64,000 bases of DNA from contig CAZWMJ010000003.1 of assembly GCA_964635045.1 (NCBI GenBank), positions 12,011 to 76,010 of the forward strand, read 5' to 3'. Each line of letters opens with the position of its first letter. The stretch's first letter is position 1. The notes under the pieces are model-generated. The model saw nothing but the letters and a program-made list of their open reading frames with translations, did not search any database and was not told the origin of the DNA. Shown piece after piece: positions 27,808 to 37,559 of this stretch. The position numbers and the translations under genes were made by a program. Origin of the DNA: an uncultured Gammaproteobacteria bacterium (GTDB lineage: Bacteria > Patescibacteriota > Microgenomatia > Levybacterales > UBA12049).

Positions 27808-27835
27808 TTCAAAATTAGGCAAAATGACAATTATT
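27808..27835 (+). promoter_or_regulatory. Candidate promoter/operator motif shared with the lysW upstream region
   Basis: ttcaaaattaggcaaaatgacaattatt versus 11981-12010 gtcaaaattaggcaaaaagttgacaaatt. Confidence 0.3.
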
Positions 27836-27842
27836 AACTAAG

Positions 27843-28682
27843 TTGGTTAGAACTTATAGTAAAAATGATATGCTGGACAAAAAAAAATTGCTTGGAGTTG
27901 GTGTCACCGACGCCACCGGAGAACAAATCCTAGAGTATATCTTACAAAGTCTAAAAAAATCCGCCGAAAAGTACTACATTGTGACCCCCAACCCGGAGTT
28001 TTTAGTGTTTGCCGCCACCTCCCCGACCTTCAAACAAATTTTAAACGATGCACGATTAGCCCTCTGTGACGGGATAGGTGTATTTTGGGCCGGCAAGGTT
28101 TTGGGGAAAAACTTTAAAGAACGCACAACAGGAGTTGATTTGATGGAAAAGCTATGTTTGGCGGTTGCGGAAAAGCCTATAACGGTAGGATTTTTGGGAG
28201 GAGGGTCAAAAATAGCAGAGAGGACTGCCGAGTGCTTAAAACAGAAATATCCGGGTTTAAAGGTAGTTTTCGCAGGTGAAGAGTGGTCGAAAGACAAATT
28301 TGCTCAGGGTCCTGTCCCGCCTTTTCTTCCCGTCAGTGCTCGTTCTAGTGAAGCAAGCTTCAACGAACTGCGCGCTGTCGGGAGCCCTTCTAGGCGTGCC
28401 ACCCTTCGTTCTATCGATCTCCTCTTTGTCGCTTTCGGCTTTCCCAAGCAAGAGGAGTGGATTGTTGAAAATTTACCTCATTTACCGGTCAGAATAGCCA
28501 TGGGGGTGGGAGGAGCGTTTGATTATTTAAGCGGCGCCGTGCCCCGAGCCCCATTATTTATTCGCAAAATCGGCTTGGAGTGGCTGTTTCGTTTAATTAT
28601 CCAACCCTGTCGGCTCAAACGTCAACTGGCTCTTTTGCGGTTTGTTTTGCTGGTTTTGAAAGAGAAATTATCGAATAATTGA
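27843..28682 (+). CDS. WecB/TagA/CpsF-family glycosyltransferase carrying an in-frame repeat-element insertion
   Basis: Family blocks DGIGVFWAG, VGFLGGG, LLFVAFGFPKQEEW, AMGVGGAFDYLSG. Residues ~PVPPFLPVSARSSEASFNELRAVGSPSRRATL are encoded by repeat copy D (28307-28404). Confidence 0.7.
   Translation: MVRTYSKNDMLDKKKLLGVGVTDATGEQILEYILQSLKKSAEKYYIVTPNPEFLVFAATSPTFKQILNDARLALCDGIGVFWAGKVLGKNFKERTTGVDLMEKLCLAVAEKPITVGFLGGGSKIAERTAECLKQKYPGLKVVFAGEEWSKDKFAQGPVPPFLPVSARSSEASFNELRAVGSPSRRATLRSIDLLFVAFGFPKQEEWIVENLPHLPVRIAMGVGGAFDYLSGAVPRAPLFIRKIGLEWLFRLIIQPCRLKRQLALLRFVLLVLKEKLSNN
28307..28404 (+). repeat. RPE-like repeat element, copy D (inside a CDS, in frame)
   Basis: gggtcctgtcccgcc...cagtgctcgttctagtgaagcaagcttcaacgaactgcgcgctgtcgggagccc...gccaccc. 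The ORF stays open across it. Confidence 0.75.
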
Positions 28683-28698
28683 TGTTATAATATTATAT

Positions 28699-29874
28699 AT
28701 GAGAATTCTTTATCTTCAGACTTTTCCTTTGTACGGATCCGGTTCCGGCACTTACGCTCGGGAATTAGCATGCGAAGTTGCCAAAAAACATCAGGTGGCA
28801 ATGGTGGCTCCGGAAAACAGACAAATCCCCGGAGTTAAGATGTATAAAGTTGATTTACCTGTAAAAATAGCTTTTACCGGTCATCCCGAATGGCCGGATT
28901 GCAAGCTTTATACAAAAGTAGGCGGAAAAGAGCTGTCAGCGAATTATCTGTCTTACTTTCAAAGAACAATAGAGGCTGTTAATGACTTCCAGCCAAATAT
29001 TATCCATGTTCATCATCTGATGCCGCTAACTTGGATTGCCCGTTTTATAAAAATAGCCTATGGTCTTAATTTTATGGTAACGGTTCATGGATCTGAGCTA
29101 CCAACTCTGGAAAATGACAAACGATATCCTTATTTAACAGCAGAAGCATTGCACAAAGCCGTTCGTATTATTCCAAACAGTTTTTGGACACGCGATTGGA
29201 TGAAAAGGGTGCTGGGGGAAGGCTTTGAAAATCAAATAAGAGTCATTCCGGGAGGGGTGGATCTTTCACAATTTCCGGAAAAAATGGATACAACGGAAAT
29301 TGATAAAAAATACGGTTTGAAGGGAAAGAAAGTAATAATGTTCTCCGGTAAGTTAACAAAATATAAGGGTGTCCGCTATCTTATTCAAGCCGCCAAAAAT
29401 ATTGACGGCACGATTATTATTGTTGGCGATGGTCCGCAACGCCCGGAATTGGAAACTATCAAAAAAAATCTTAAAATATCAAACGTTCTTTTCTTAGGTT
29501 ACATTAATAACCACGCGTTGATCAAGCTTTATTATAGAGCGGATGTCTGCGTGGTGCCCAGTATTTGGGATGAACCGCTGGGATTAGTAGTTTTGGAAGC
29601 AATGGCAACCAAAACGGCGGTGGTGGTTACCAGAAAAGGGGGAATTCCTCTTATGGTAAAGGATGGGGTAAATGGTTTTTTTGTGAGGCCTAAAAATGCC
29701 AAAGAAATTGCTCTAAAAGTAAATACTTTGTTACAAAACGATACATTAAGACATAGGATAGGAGAGAAAGCTAGACAGACGATTTTGGAGCGGTTTACGT
29801 GGGAAAAGATTGCCTTGCGATTTACGAGAATGTATGAAGAATTTAGAAAAAAAGAAAAAATAGTTAGCACATAA
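28699..29874 (+). CDS. GT4-family (GT-B) glycosyltransferase
   Basis: EPLGLVVLEAMATKTAVVVTRKGGIPLMVKDGVNGFFV is the E-x7-E GT4 signature region. Confidence 0.8.
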   Translation: MRILYLQTFPLYGSGSGTYARELACEVAKKHQVAMVAPENRQIPGVKMYKVDLPVKIAFTGHPEWPDCKLYTKVGGKELSANYLSYFQRTIEAVNDFQPNIIHVHHLMPLTWIARFIKIAYGLNFMVTVHGSELPTLENDKRYPYLTAEALHKAVRIIPNSFWTRDWMKRVLGEGFENQIRVIPGGVDLSQFPEKMDTTEIDKKYGLKGKKVIMFSGKLTKYKGVRYLIQAAKNIDGTIIIVGDGPQRPELETIKKNLKISNVLFLGYINNHALIKLYYRADVCVVPSIWDEPLGLVVLEAMATKTAVVVTRKGGIPLMVKDGVNGFFVRPKNAKEIALKVNTLLQNDTLRHRIGEKARQTILERFTWEKIALRFTRMYEEFRKKEKIVST

Positions 29875-31028
29875 TGAGAATTGGATTACTGCTTCCATCA
29901 ATTTACATGTACGATAGGTTTGGGAAAAATCGTATTTTTGCACCGGGGGAGCTTGGAAGATCACTTGCGGACGGTTTAGTTAAAAAGGGGCATGAGGTTT
30001 ATTTCTACACAGCGCCAGGAGTGGAAACAGAAGCAAAGTTAATTGCCGGAGACGAAGAACTTTTATCGAAAGACCCTTTTTATTATCTTTTTCGAAATCG
30101 ATCAAAAGAAGAACAAGACTTTACAACAGCAGAAATTAGAAAAAGGGATTATGAATATACATTAACACTTAAGGCCTATCAAGATGCAACAAGAGGAAAA
30201 CTGGATATAGTTCACTCATATCACGATTTTGGGGCGCATTACTTTAATGAACTAACAGGTTTTCCAACCGTGTATACGCTGCACGATCCGCTTCCGCAGA
30301 CAACAGATACAATTGAATATCATCGTTTTTCCCAATTTAAAAATCATAATTATGTTTCAATTAGCAATTCGCAAAGAAGAGGATTAGTAGACCTCAATTT
30401 TGTCGAAACAGCATATCATGGATTAGAAATTAATAATTATATTTTTGGCGAGGGGAAAGGAGGATATCTTATTCACTTCGGCAGGATTTTGGAAGATAAG
30501 GGCGCCCATATTGCAATAGAAGTAGCAAAGCGAACAGGATTTCCTTTAAAAATCGCATCGAGTTCTATTAAGGCGAATATATCGGAATTATATTATAATC
30601 AAAAAATAAAACCGCAAGTTGATGGAAAAGTAATTTCCGAAGTAGGATTTCTCGAAGGGAAAGAAAAGTCGGATTACATTAATAATTCAAAAGCTTTTCT
30701 TTTCCCGATCAACTGGGAAGAGCCGTTTGGTTTGGTAATGATTGAGGCGATGGCTTGCGGCACACCGGTTGTTGCCTTTAACAGGGGCAGCGTTTCTGAA
30801 ATAGTGCGAGATGGTTTTACAGGGTTTGTTATAGACCCCGATAACGAAGACAGGCCGGGTATTGGTTCATGGGTTATTAAGAAGAGGGGAATAGAAGGTT
30901 TAATAGAAGCAGTTCAAAGAATTGGAGAAATAGATAGATCTGCTTGCCGCAAACACGTTTTGGAAAATTTTACCATCGAAAAGATGGTGGAAGGATACGA
31001 AAAAGTGTATCAGAAAGTTATAGATTAG
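29874..31028 (+). CDS. GT4-family (GT-B) glycosyltransferase
   Basis: EPFGLVMIEAMACGTPVVAFNRGSVSEIVRDGFTGFV. Start overlaps the upstream stop. Confidence 0.8.
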   Translation: MRIGLLLPSIYMYDRFGKNRIFAPGELGRSLADGLVKKGHEVYFYTAPGVETEAKLIAGDEELLSKDPFYYLFRNRSKEEQDFTTAEIRKRDYEYTLTLKAYQDATRGKLDIVHSYHDFGAHYFNELTGFPTVYTLHDPLPQTTDTIEYHRFSQFKNHNYVSISNSQRRGLVDLNFVETAYHGLEINNYIFGEGKGGYLIHFGRILEDKGAHIAIEVAKRTGFPLKIASSSIKANISELYYNQKIKPQVDGKVISEVGFLEGKEKSDYINNSKAFLFPINWEEPFGLVMIEAMACGTPVVAFNRGSVSEIVRDGFTGFVIDPDNEDRPGIGSWVIKKRGIEGLIEAVQRIGEIDRSACRKHVLENFTIEKMVEGYEKVYQKVID

Positions 31029-31078
31029 CCGCAGTTGCCGCTTGACAAAAGATGTATTAAGGTGTATATTCAAAATAT

Positions 31079-31327
31079 ATGTTAAGAACACAAGTAAATT
31101 TACGCGAAGATCAATATCAAATTTTGAGAATCCAAGCCAAAAAAGAAAATGAGTCTTTATCTGAAATCGTGAGGAAACTGATTGATTTGGGGGTTAAATC
31201 GCACAGGCAGGAAAACAACGCCTACATTCTTTTAGAAATGGTCAAAGAGGCCGGAAAAAGCGGGGAAAAACACCTAGCAACTACTTACAAAAGATTATTG
31301 TATGGTCAAACAAGTAGTAAAAAATGA
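31079..31327 (+). CDS. Ribbon-helix-helix antitoxin (VapB/CopG-like)
   Basis: 82 aa; N-terminal NLREDQYQILRIQAKKENESLSEIVRKLI is an RHH-type pattern. 4-nt overlap with the PIN gene. Confidence 0.5.
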   Translation: MLRTQVNLREDQYQILRIQAKKENESLSEIVRKLIDLGVKSHRQENNAYILLEMVKEAGKSGEKHLATTYKRLLYGQTSSKK

Positions 31328-31713
31328 CTATTTTTATAGATTCCAGCGCCTTTATTTCCATTTGGGACAAAGATGATTCCAATCATCGGGCTGCCATTAA
31401 AATTTCCCAAGAACTGCAAGCAAAAAAAGCCACTATTTTAACTTCCAATATCGTAGTGGGAGAAGTGTTGACTGTTTTAAGCATGAAGCTTGGTATAACA
31501 ATAGCCAATGAATGCGGAGAATATTTGCAGCGATTAAATACCATTTTTGTGAATGAAAATCTTCACCAAAAAGCTTGGGAAGCCTTTCAAAAAAGAACCA
31601 GCAAGAATTTAAGTTTTTTTGACTATACCAGTTTTGTTATTATTAAAGAATTCAAAATTGATAAGGCGTTTAGTTTTGACAAAGATTTTAAAAAATTAGG
31701 AATTAGGCAATAA
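31324..31713 (+). CDS. vapC: PIN-domain toxin (VapC-like)
   Basis: IFIDSSAFISIWDKDD (Asp1), TSNIVVGEVLT (Glu), SFFDYTSFVI...FSFDKDF (Asp3/4) are PIN acidic residues. Confidence 0.65.
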   Translation: MTIFIDSSAFISIWDKDDSNHRAAIKISQELQAKKATILTSNIVVGEVLTVLSMKLGITIANECGEYLQRLNTIFVNENLHQKAWEAFQKRTSKNLSFFDYTSFVIIKEFKIDKAFSFDKDFKKLGIRQ

Positions 31714-31740
31714 ATTTTCGATAAGAGCATCAATTTTTTT

Positions 31741-33180
31741 ATGGCAAACTTGCGGGTACTGATGACCGGTTATGAATCTGCGCCATACTATAAACGCGGG
31801 GGGTTGGGGGATGTGATGGAGTCTCTCCCAAAAGCGCTTGCGGGTATTGGTATTGACGCGAGAGTTGTTATTCCTTATTACGATGAGATAAGAAAGAAAT
31901 ATCATTTTGAGAAAGAGGGGGAATTTGTAGTTCGATTCTATAAAGAAACAGAACACATAGGGGTATATTCTTCGGTACTTCCCGCCACTAAGATCCCTTT
32001 TTATTTTTTACAAAACAGCAATTATTTGTCTTTAAGCAGAGCGAAAGATAAGACTAAACGGATGGGTCAGTTTGCATTTTTTGATCTGGCGATTGTTAAT
32101 TTTATCCACTATCTTTCAAAACATCACAAATGGACTCCATCTATAATTCATTGCAATGATTGGCATACGGCTTTAATTCCTCTTATCTTAAAGAAAATGA
32201 AGCTTGCGATTCCAACTCTTCTCACCATCCATAATCTTCTTTATCAGGGAATTGGATCTTTAAAAGTTTTGGATTTACTTGACATTAAGGATGAAGAGGC
32301 AAAAGAGCTGAAAAGAGGAGTTCCCGCAAATGAAATGAATGTTTTGGGAGAAGGAATTGTTCATGCGACTTACGTTTCAACTGTTTCTCCAACTTACGCC
32401 AAAGAAATTGCGCAGACAGAACACGACCATAATCCAATCTCACCATTTCTTCTTAAGAGAGAGCACGAAAGATTAGGAGGAGATGGAAAGATCATAGGAA
32501 TTCTTAACGGCATAGATTATGATATTTGGGATGCGGCCAAAGACGAGTTTATTTTTCATAAATTCGATGTTTCTAATTGGCAAGTTGGCAAGAAAGACAA
32601 CAAAGAAGATTTATTGAAAAGTTTGGGTTTACCGGATAAGCCGACTTTTTGTTTTGTGGGCAGAATGGCTATTCAGAAGGGTTTGGACGTTTTGATAAAA
32701 GCCATAGGAAGAATTTCACACCTTGATGCTAATCTGATAATTTTAGGCTCGGGTGATTCGAGAATTCAAGCCGGTATTTTACAAACAGCAGAAAAATTTC
32801 CCTGGGTCAAGCCGGAGTTTGTTTACAGCGAAGAACTGGCTCACAAGATTTACGCCGGATCGGATTTTATTCTTATTCCTTCTCACTACGAGCCTTGCGG
32901 ACTGATTCAGATGATTGCCATGCGTTATGGGACTCTGCCGATTGCTTCCAAAACCGGGGGACTGGCAGATACGATTGATGATGGGGAAAATGGTTTTCTT
33001 TTTAAGAACGGTTCATCACTCTCTTTAGTCAACACTATTCATAGGGCGATAAAAGTATATAATAGTTTAGAGAGACGTCAAAAGATGGCGGAGAGGGCTA
33101 TACGGACTGATTTTTCCTGGGACAAAAGCGCGCTCTTGTATAAAAAGCTGTATTTAGATATGTTAAAGAGTAGTCGATAG
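31741..33180 (+). CDS. glgA: Glycogen/starch synthase (GT5)
   Basis: MANLRVLMTGYESAPYYKRGGLGDVMESLPKALAGIGIDARVVIP is the KxGGL motif region. 479 aa. Confidence 0.8.
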   Translation: MANLRVLMTGYESAPYYKRGGLGDVMESLPKALAGIGIDARVVIPYYDEIRKKYHFEKEGEFVVRFYKETEHIGVYSSVLPATKIPFYFLQNSNYLSLSRAKDKTKRMGQFAFFDLAIVNFIHYLSKHHKWTPSIIHCNDWHTALIPLILKKMKLAIPTLLTIHNLLYQGIGSLKVLDLLDIKDEEAKELKRGVPANEMNVLGEGIVHATYVSTVSPTYAKEIAQTEHDHNPISPFLLKREHERLGGDGKIIGILNGIDYDIWDAAKDEFIFHKFDVSNWQVGKKDNKEDLLKSLGLPDKPTFCFVGRMAIQKGLDVLIKAIGRISHLDANLIILGSGDSRIQAGILQTAEKFPWVKPEFVYSEELAHKIYAGSDFILIPSHYEPCGLIQMIAMRYGTLPIASKTGGLADTIDDGENGFLFKNGSSLSLVNTIHRAIKVYNSLERRQKMAERAIRTDFSWDKSALLYKKLYLDMLKSSR

Positions 33181-33183
33181 TTT

Positions 33184-34086
33184 ATGGCTGATTGGCAATT
33201 TTTACAAAATCCGCTTTCCAAAAAATGGGTGATTTTGGCGCCCCGACGTTCCAAGCGCCCCGACGTGGCCAAGGGAACTGAACCGGTTTGTCCGTTTTGT
33301 TTGGGCCGGGAAAAAAACGAGCAGGAGGTGTATCGTATTGGCGGAACAGTGGGTGAAGCAGACTGGCAAGTTCGCGTTTTGCCCAACAAATTTCCTTTTG
33401 CCCCGATTCATGAAATTGTTGTCCATTCCCCCGACCATCACAAAAACTTTGATGAGTTGCCGCTTGATCAAATTGAGCTTATTTTGCAAGCTTTCAGACA
33501 GCGCTATATCACTCATAAAGACAAAGGTCAGGTGTATATCTTTCATAATCGGGGAGAGGGAGGGGGAGAAAGTCTGCCTCATCCCCATACTCAGATTACA
33601 GTTATACCGCCTGAGGTCAGATTGGATATTCCCCGTTTAGATCCGTCATCATCAATTGGAGTGGGGCCGGGAAGCGAGGAGCAGATGCAGGTTGAAACAG
33701 CACATTTTTATCTTTTCTGTCCCAAAACCAGTCAATGGCCCGATGAAGTGTGGGTGGCCCCAAAGCTTCGGGGAAGAACATTTGATGAGATTACCGATCC
33801 GGAAATAGCGGATCTGGCTTTTGTACTTGCTCGTCTTGTGCAAATTATGGATCTTCGTCACGGCAGGGAATTTCCATTTAATTTTTATATTTATCCGGGA
33901 GGAGACTGGTACTTGAGACTGATTCCGCGAAGTAAATCTCTGGGCGGATTTGAGATTGGAACCGGTGTTTTTGTTAACACACAGGATCCAAAAGAAACAA
34001 TACTATTCATAAAAGAACATTTTGCGATTCCCAATGAGGAAAAAATAAGAAGCGAACATCAGGCGGAGTACGGGAAGGGGGTATAA
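33184..34086 (+). CDS. galT: Galactose-1-phosphate uridylyltransferase (HIT superfamily)
   Basis: CPFC zinc site; LPHPHTQI HxHxQ catalytic motif. 300 aa. Confidence 0.7.
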   Translation: MADWQFLQNPLSKKWVILAPRRSKRPDVAKGTEPVCPFCLGREKNEQEVYRIGGTVGEADWQVRVLPNKFPFAPIHEIVVHSPDHHKNFDELPLDQIELILQAFRQRYITHKDKGQVYIFHNRGEGGGESLPHPHTQITVIPPEVRLDIPRLDPSSSIGVGPGSEEQMQVETAHFYLFCPKTSQWPDEVWVAPKLRGRTFDEITDPEIADLAFVLARLVQIMDLRHGREFPFNFYIYPGGDWYLRLIPRSKSLGGFEIGTGVFVNTQDPKETILFIKEHFAIPNEEKIRSEHQAEYGKGV

Positions 34087-34095
34087 GGACTTTTT

Positions 34096-34305
34096 TTATT
34101 CTTGCTTTTGCGGAATTCCCAACAACCAAAGGACGGCTTCTTTTTTGTAGCGGCGATCGCCGCGGGAGTTTATTCTTATCGCCGGAAGTTTGCCTCTTTT
34201 GCCCCAGCGTTTGATAGTCAGAGGCGAAACCCGCAGAACCTGAGCCACTTCTCGCACCGTTAGCAGATCTGGAAGATTAGAGATTGATATTGTTTGTTCG
34301 CTCAT
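34096..34305 (-). CDS. Excisionase/MerR-type HTH DNA-binding protein
   Basis: 69 aa; LLTVREVAQVLRVSPLTIKRWGKRGKLPAIRI is an Xis-family HTH. Confidence 0.5.
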   Translation of the reverse strand: MSEQTISISNLPDLLTVREVAQVLRVSPLTIKRWGKRGKLPAIRINSRGDRRYKKEAVLWLLGIPQKQE

Positions 34306-34403
34306 AGCCTTGGGACTATAACTTTTATAATCGTTGTAATTGTTTTATGATTATAAAGTAACAGAGTATATCAGTATTTGTCAATACCCCAAAATGAGTA
34401 ATT

Positions 34404-35465
34404 TTAGGTTTTTCCGTATTGATAGACAGAAGCCGAGGCGTACATGCCTGCTCCAAAACCGACAAATAAGATGGTATCGCCGTTTCTTATTCTTCCTTCT
34501 TTAACAGCTCGTATCAAGGCCTTGGGAATAGAAGCGGAGGATAAATTACCTTGCTCAAGATCATAATATAGTTTTTCCGCAAGATTAGGCGGGAGATGGT
34601 GAGTTAAGGACTCAAGCATTGGTCCGCTGGCCTGATGGGGGATAATAATATCAATGCCGTCTGGCGGCAGTTTTGCCGCTTCTATGGTTTTTTCCATAAG
34701 CCGGGCAATTTCTGCCGCGCTTTTGATAACAGCTCTGCCGTTCATTCTGAATTTTCCTGTTAGAGATGGGGGAACCGGTACCACCATTGCCGGCTCAACA
34801 ACCTGGTCATCATCAAAGGGCATTTCTATAGCTTGTGATTGTGGCTCGGGAAAATGATAATTGAGTGAAGCCAAAGGTAAAAGACCGTCTTTGCCGACGA
34901 TAAAACTTACAGCCACCGCCCCATCGCCAAAAATTGCCTGGGAAAGGGAGGGATCTTGTTGTGCGCCCTGCGGATTTTTTAGATCAACCAGGGTGGGAGA
35001 GTATTTTTCCGAGGAAACTATCAGAACCCGCGCGCCGGCAAAAGCTTCCCGGTATTGATGCAAATGCGAAAGGACTTGAGTAAATCCGGAACAGGCGGCG
35101 TACACATCCAGGGCAATATCGGGATCAAGACCATAGACATGTTCAACTAAATAAGAAGCGTTGTGTTCTTCGGTGGGGTAGCTGGTAGTGAAAAAGACCG
35201 CATCTATTTTGCCACCCGTTCTTCTAACCAGCGGCTCTGCCGCAGCCACACCCATGGAAAGAACTGTTTCGTCGGCATCGGCTTGCGGCCGTTCTATGAC
35301 GCCCAGTTTATCAAAAAAATCTTGCGCTGTTAAAACTCTACCCCCGTTTGTGGCGATATTCCAAGAAGCCAATATATCATTTGTTAAGCGTCCTGTGGGC
35401 AGATATAAACCGCAAGACAAAAGAGGAGTTTCGCTATAAGGCGCGCGCTCAACTCTAATTGTCAT
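34404..35465 (-). CDS. Beta-ketoacyl-ACP synthase III (FabH)-like condensing enzyme
   Basis: Active-site Cys in AACSGF; His in IIPHQASGPM; Asn in FGAGMYASA. GC content visibly higher than surroundings. Confidence 0.6.
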   Translation of the reverse strand: MTIRVERAPYSETPLLSCGLYLPTGRLTNDILASWNIATNGGRVLTAQDFFDKLGVIERPQADADETVLSMGVAAAEPLVRRTGGKIDAVFFTTSYPTEEHNASYLVEHVYGLDPDIALDVYAACSGFTQVLSHLHQYREAFAGARVLIVSSEKYSPTLVDLKNPQGAQQDPSLSQAIFGDGAVAVSFIVGKDGLLPLASLNYHFPEPQSQAIEMPFDDDQVVEPAMVVPVPPSLTGKFRMNGRAVIKSAAEIARLMEKTIEAAKLPPDGIDIIIPHQASGPMLESLTHHLPPNLAEKLYYDLEQGNLSSASIPKALIRAVKEGRIRNGDTILFVGFGAGMYASASVYQYGKT

Positions 35466-35470
35466 ATTGT

Positions 35471-35869
35471 TTACTTCAATTCTACAGTCGCGCCTGCGGC
35501 CGTAAGTTTAGCTTTGGCCTCTTCCGCTGTTTTTTTGTTGACCGCGGTCATCACTTCTTTGGGCGCGGCGTCAACTAAATCCTTGGCCTCTTTAAGACCC
35601 AATGTTGGGACTAATTCTCGCAGAGCTTTAATAACGGCAATTTTGTTGGCTCCCGAACTTGCCACCACCACATTAAAGACCGTCTGTTCTTCTTTAGGTT
35701 CGTCCGCGTCAGACGCGGTTGCATTTCCAGCGTTTGCCGGCGCTGCGGCTGCCATTGCTTGGGCCGAAACTCCAAACTTTTCCTCCAAAGCTTTCACCAA
35801 CTCGGAAAGCTCCAAAACGGACATCTCCTCAACTGTTTTGATTAAATCATTTTTGCTAAGTTTAGACAT
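35471..35869 (-). CDS. rplL: Ribosomal protein L7/L12
   Basis: [34 protein letters not shown]...[12 protein letters not shown]. Confidence 0.9.
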   Translation of the reverse strand: MSKLSKNDLIKTVEEMSVLELSELVKALEEKFGVSAQAMAAAAPANAGNATASDADEPKEEQTVFNVVVASSGANKIAVIKALRELVPTLGLKEAKDLVDAAPKEVMTAVNKKTAEEAKAKLTAAGATVELK

Positions 35870-35927
35870 TTATAATCACCTCCATTCGTTATCAGCAACT
35901 AGCCATTAGCAACTAGCCCTCAGTTAT

Positions 35928-36473
35928 TTAACTGATGGCTGAAGGCTGATTACTAGATGCTTTCTTATTTTCAATTATCTTTAGCGTCATCACAAATTTC
36001 TGTAGATTCCAACTCAATGCTCTGTGCAAGCTATAAATGGGCGCTTTCAATCCGCCCACCAACTGAGCAAGCAAGACCTCGCGGGCGGGGAGAGCGGATA
36101 ATTTTAGCAGTTGATCAGCCGTTAGCGCTTGACCCTCCACAATGCCAAATTTAATAACAGGCAGTTTGAGAGTTTTTATTGTCTTGGCAAGCGCTTTTAG
36201 GGGAGCGATAATGTCATTGTAGGCGAACAATGTTGCCGTCGGCCCGTCTAGCGAACTTCCAATTTCCAATTTCCAATTTCCAATTTCCAATGCGCGTTTA
36301 AGTAGAGTATTCTTCGTTACAACGATCTCGGCATCAACAGCCTTGACCATCTTTTTAAGCTCCTCGAGCTGTTTATGAGTCAGGCCCTGATAATCGGCAA
36401 AAACCAAACTTTTGGCGCGGCCGACCTTATCTTTAAGTTTAGCAACAATATCAATTTTCTTCTGACTAGCCAT
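35928..36473 (-). CDS. rplJ: Ribosomal protein L10
   Basis: L10 fold residues upstream of rplL. Contains the in-frame (TTCCAAT)n insertion encoding EIGNWKLEIG (36256-36292). Confidence 0.85.
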   Translation of the reverse strand: MASQKKIDIVAKLKDKVGRAKSLVFADYQGLTHKQLEELKKMVKAVDAEIVVTKNTLLKRALEIGNWKLEIGSSLDGPTATLFAYNDIIAPLKALAKTIKTLKLPVIKFGIVEGQALTADQLLKLSALPAREVLLAQLVGGLKAPIYSLHRALSWNLQKFVMTLKIIENKKASSNQPSAIS

Positions 36474-36479
36474 AATAGT

Positions 36480-36640
36480 AAATTAAAAGTTAAAAGTTCA
36501 AAGTTAAAAATTAAAAAAAACACTCCGAAGAGTGCGCAAAACTTGCTTCTCCTCGGTAGGCTTTATTCCTTTTGGGATCCTACTGTCTCAGGTTTGTCAC
36601 GTTTGACGTGATTTATTAAAGTTTACCACAGAGGGGAGAG
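36480..36640 (-). promoter_or_regulatory. rplJ upstream leader region with heptamer repeats and a CACGTTTGACGTG hairpin
   Basis: aattaaaagttaaaagttcaaagttaaaaattaaaaaaaa tract, then gtcacgtttgacgtgat (36597-36611). Location corresponds to the L10 autoregulatory leader in other bacteria; its structure is not verified here. Confidence 0.3.
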
Positions 36641-36645
36641 AGCTG

Positions 36646-37008
36646 TCAAGAAGAATTTTTCAGAGAAAGCATATTGCCCATGTTAAGCTGACCTCGTATT
36701 TCATTTTGTCTTCTAAGAGCATCTCCGGGCTGTTCGCCCGTTGGAGGGCAAAGCGCCGCCAAAAGCGCATCAAGAGTTCCAATTGAAAGTCCTACTGTTA
36801 TTCTTCCTACAGAAAGAGCGGCTTTGTGTTGATTTGGACAATCTTCATCCGGTCCACGAAGACTGGCGCTTTTTCCGGGGACTAAAAATAATTCTAGAAA
36901 ATCAGTTAAACCAGTTTGGTCAATTTGTTTTAGTGCAGCGAGATGATGAGGCGTAACATATAGCATCCCTGGATTTTGTGATCTTGGGGCCTCTATTGCA
37001 GCCGACAT
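36646..37008 (-). CDS. Hypothetical protein (GC-rich insert between rplA and rplJ)
   Basis: 120-aa ORF with no motifs. Composition differs from neighbours. Confidence 0.3.
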   Translation of the reverse strand: MSAAIEAPRSQNPGMLYVTPHHLAALKQIDQTGLTDFLELFLVPGKSASLRGPDEDCPNQHKAALSVGRITVGLSIGTLDALLAALCPPTGEQPGDALRRQNEIRGQLNMGNMLSLKNSS

Positions 37009-37034
37009 AAATTATATTAAGTATATTATGGTAT

Positions 37035-37559
37035 TTATATTAAATCAAGATGTCGTTTTGGCCTCTGTCTAGCTTGAGGCTTGATTTTAACAGAGTAACC
37101 GTCTGTTAATAAATTTGTTGCAGTTTGTATATGGTTTGATGGATTCTTTTGTTGACTGTCTTCGGGGAAGCAAATCGCCAGAAAGACAGTGATCGCTCCT
37201 AAATCATACAAGGTGGATACAGCTTCTCCGCGGCCATCCGTTGCGACTATACAAGTAGGTTTATGCTTGGGATTTTTCAAGCCGGCGGGATAGACAATAG
37301 GGATAAATCTAACCTCTCTTGTATTAGTTACTGCGGAAGCAAAAGCTACTAATAGCCATTTATGAGTTGAAGCTTGTCGAGCTAATTCCGAATCGGGATT
37401 AAGACCTAATCTTTCTGCGACAGAATCTTTTTTTTCTAAGGTTGTTAGACCGGTTAGTCCTTTAAGAGTAATTTCAGACACAGTAAGAGATGCCGGTCTT
37501 GGCGAATCCGTATGAAACGGAGAACGTCTTATTTCATCAATTTCTCCTAAAGCAGTCAT
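37035..37559 (-). CDS. Hypothetical protein (GC-rich insert between rplA and rplJ)
   Basis: 174-aa ORF with no motifs. Confidence 0.3.
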   Translation of the reverse strand: MTALGEIDEIRRSPFHTDSPRPASLTVSEITLKGLTGLTTLEKKDSVAERLGLNPDSELARQASTHKWLLVAFASAVTNTREVRFIPIVYPAGLKNPKHKPTCIVATDGRGEAVSTLYDLGAITVFLAICFPEDSQQKNPSNHIQTATNLLTDGYSVKIKPQARQRPKRHLDLI

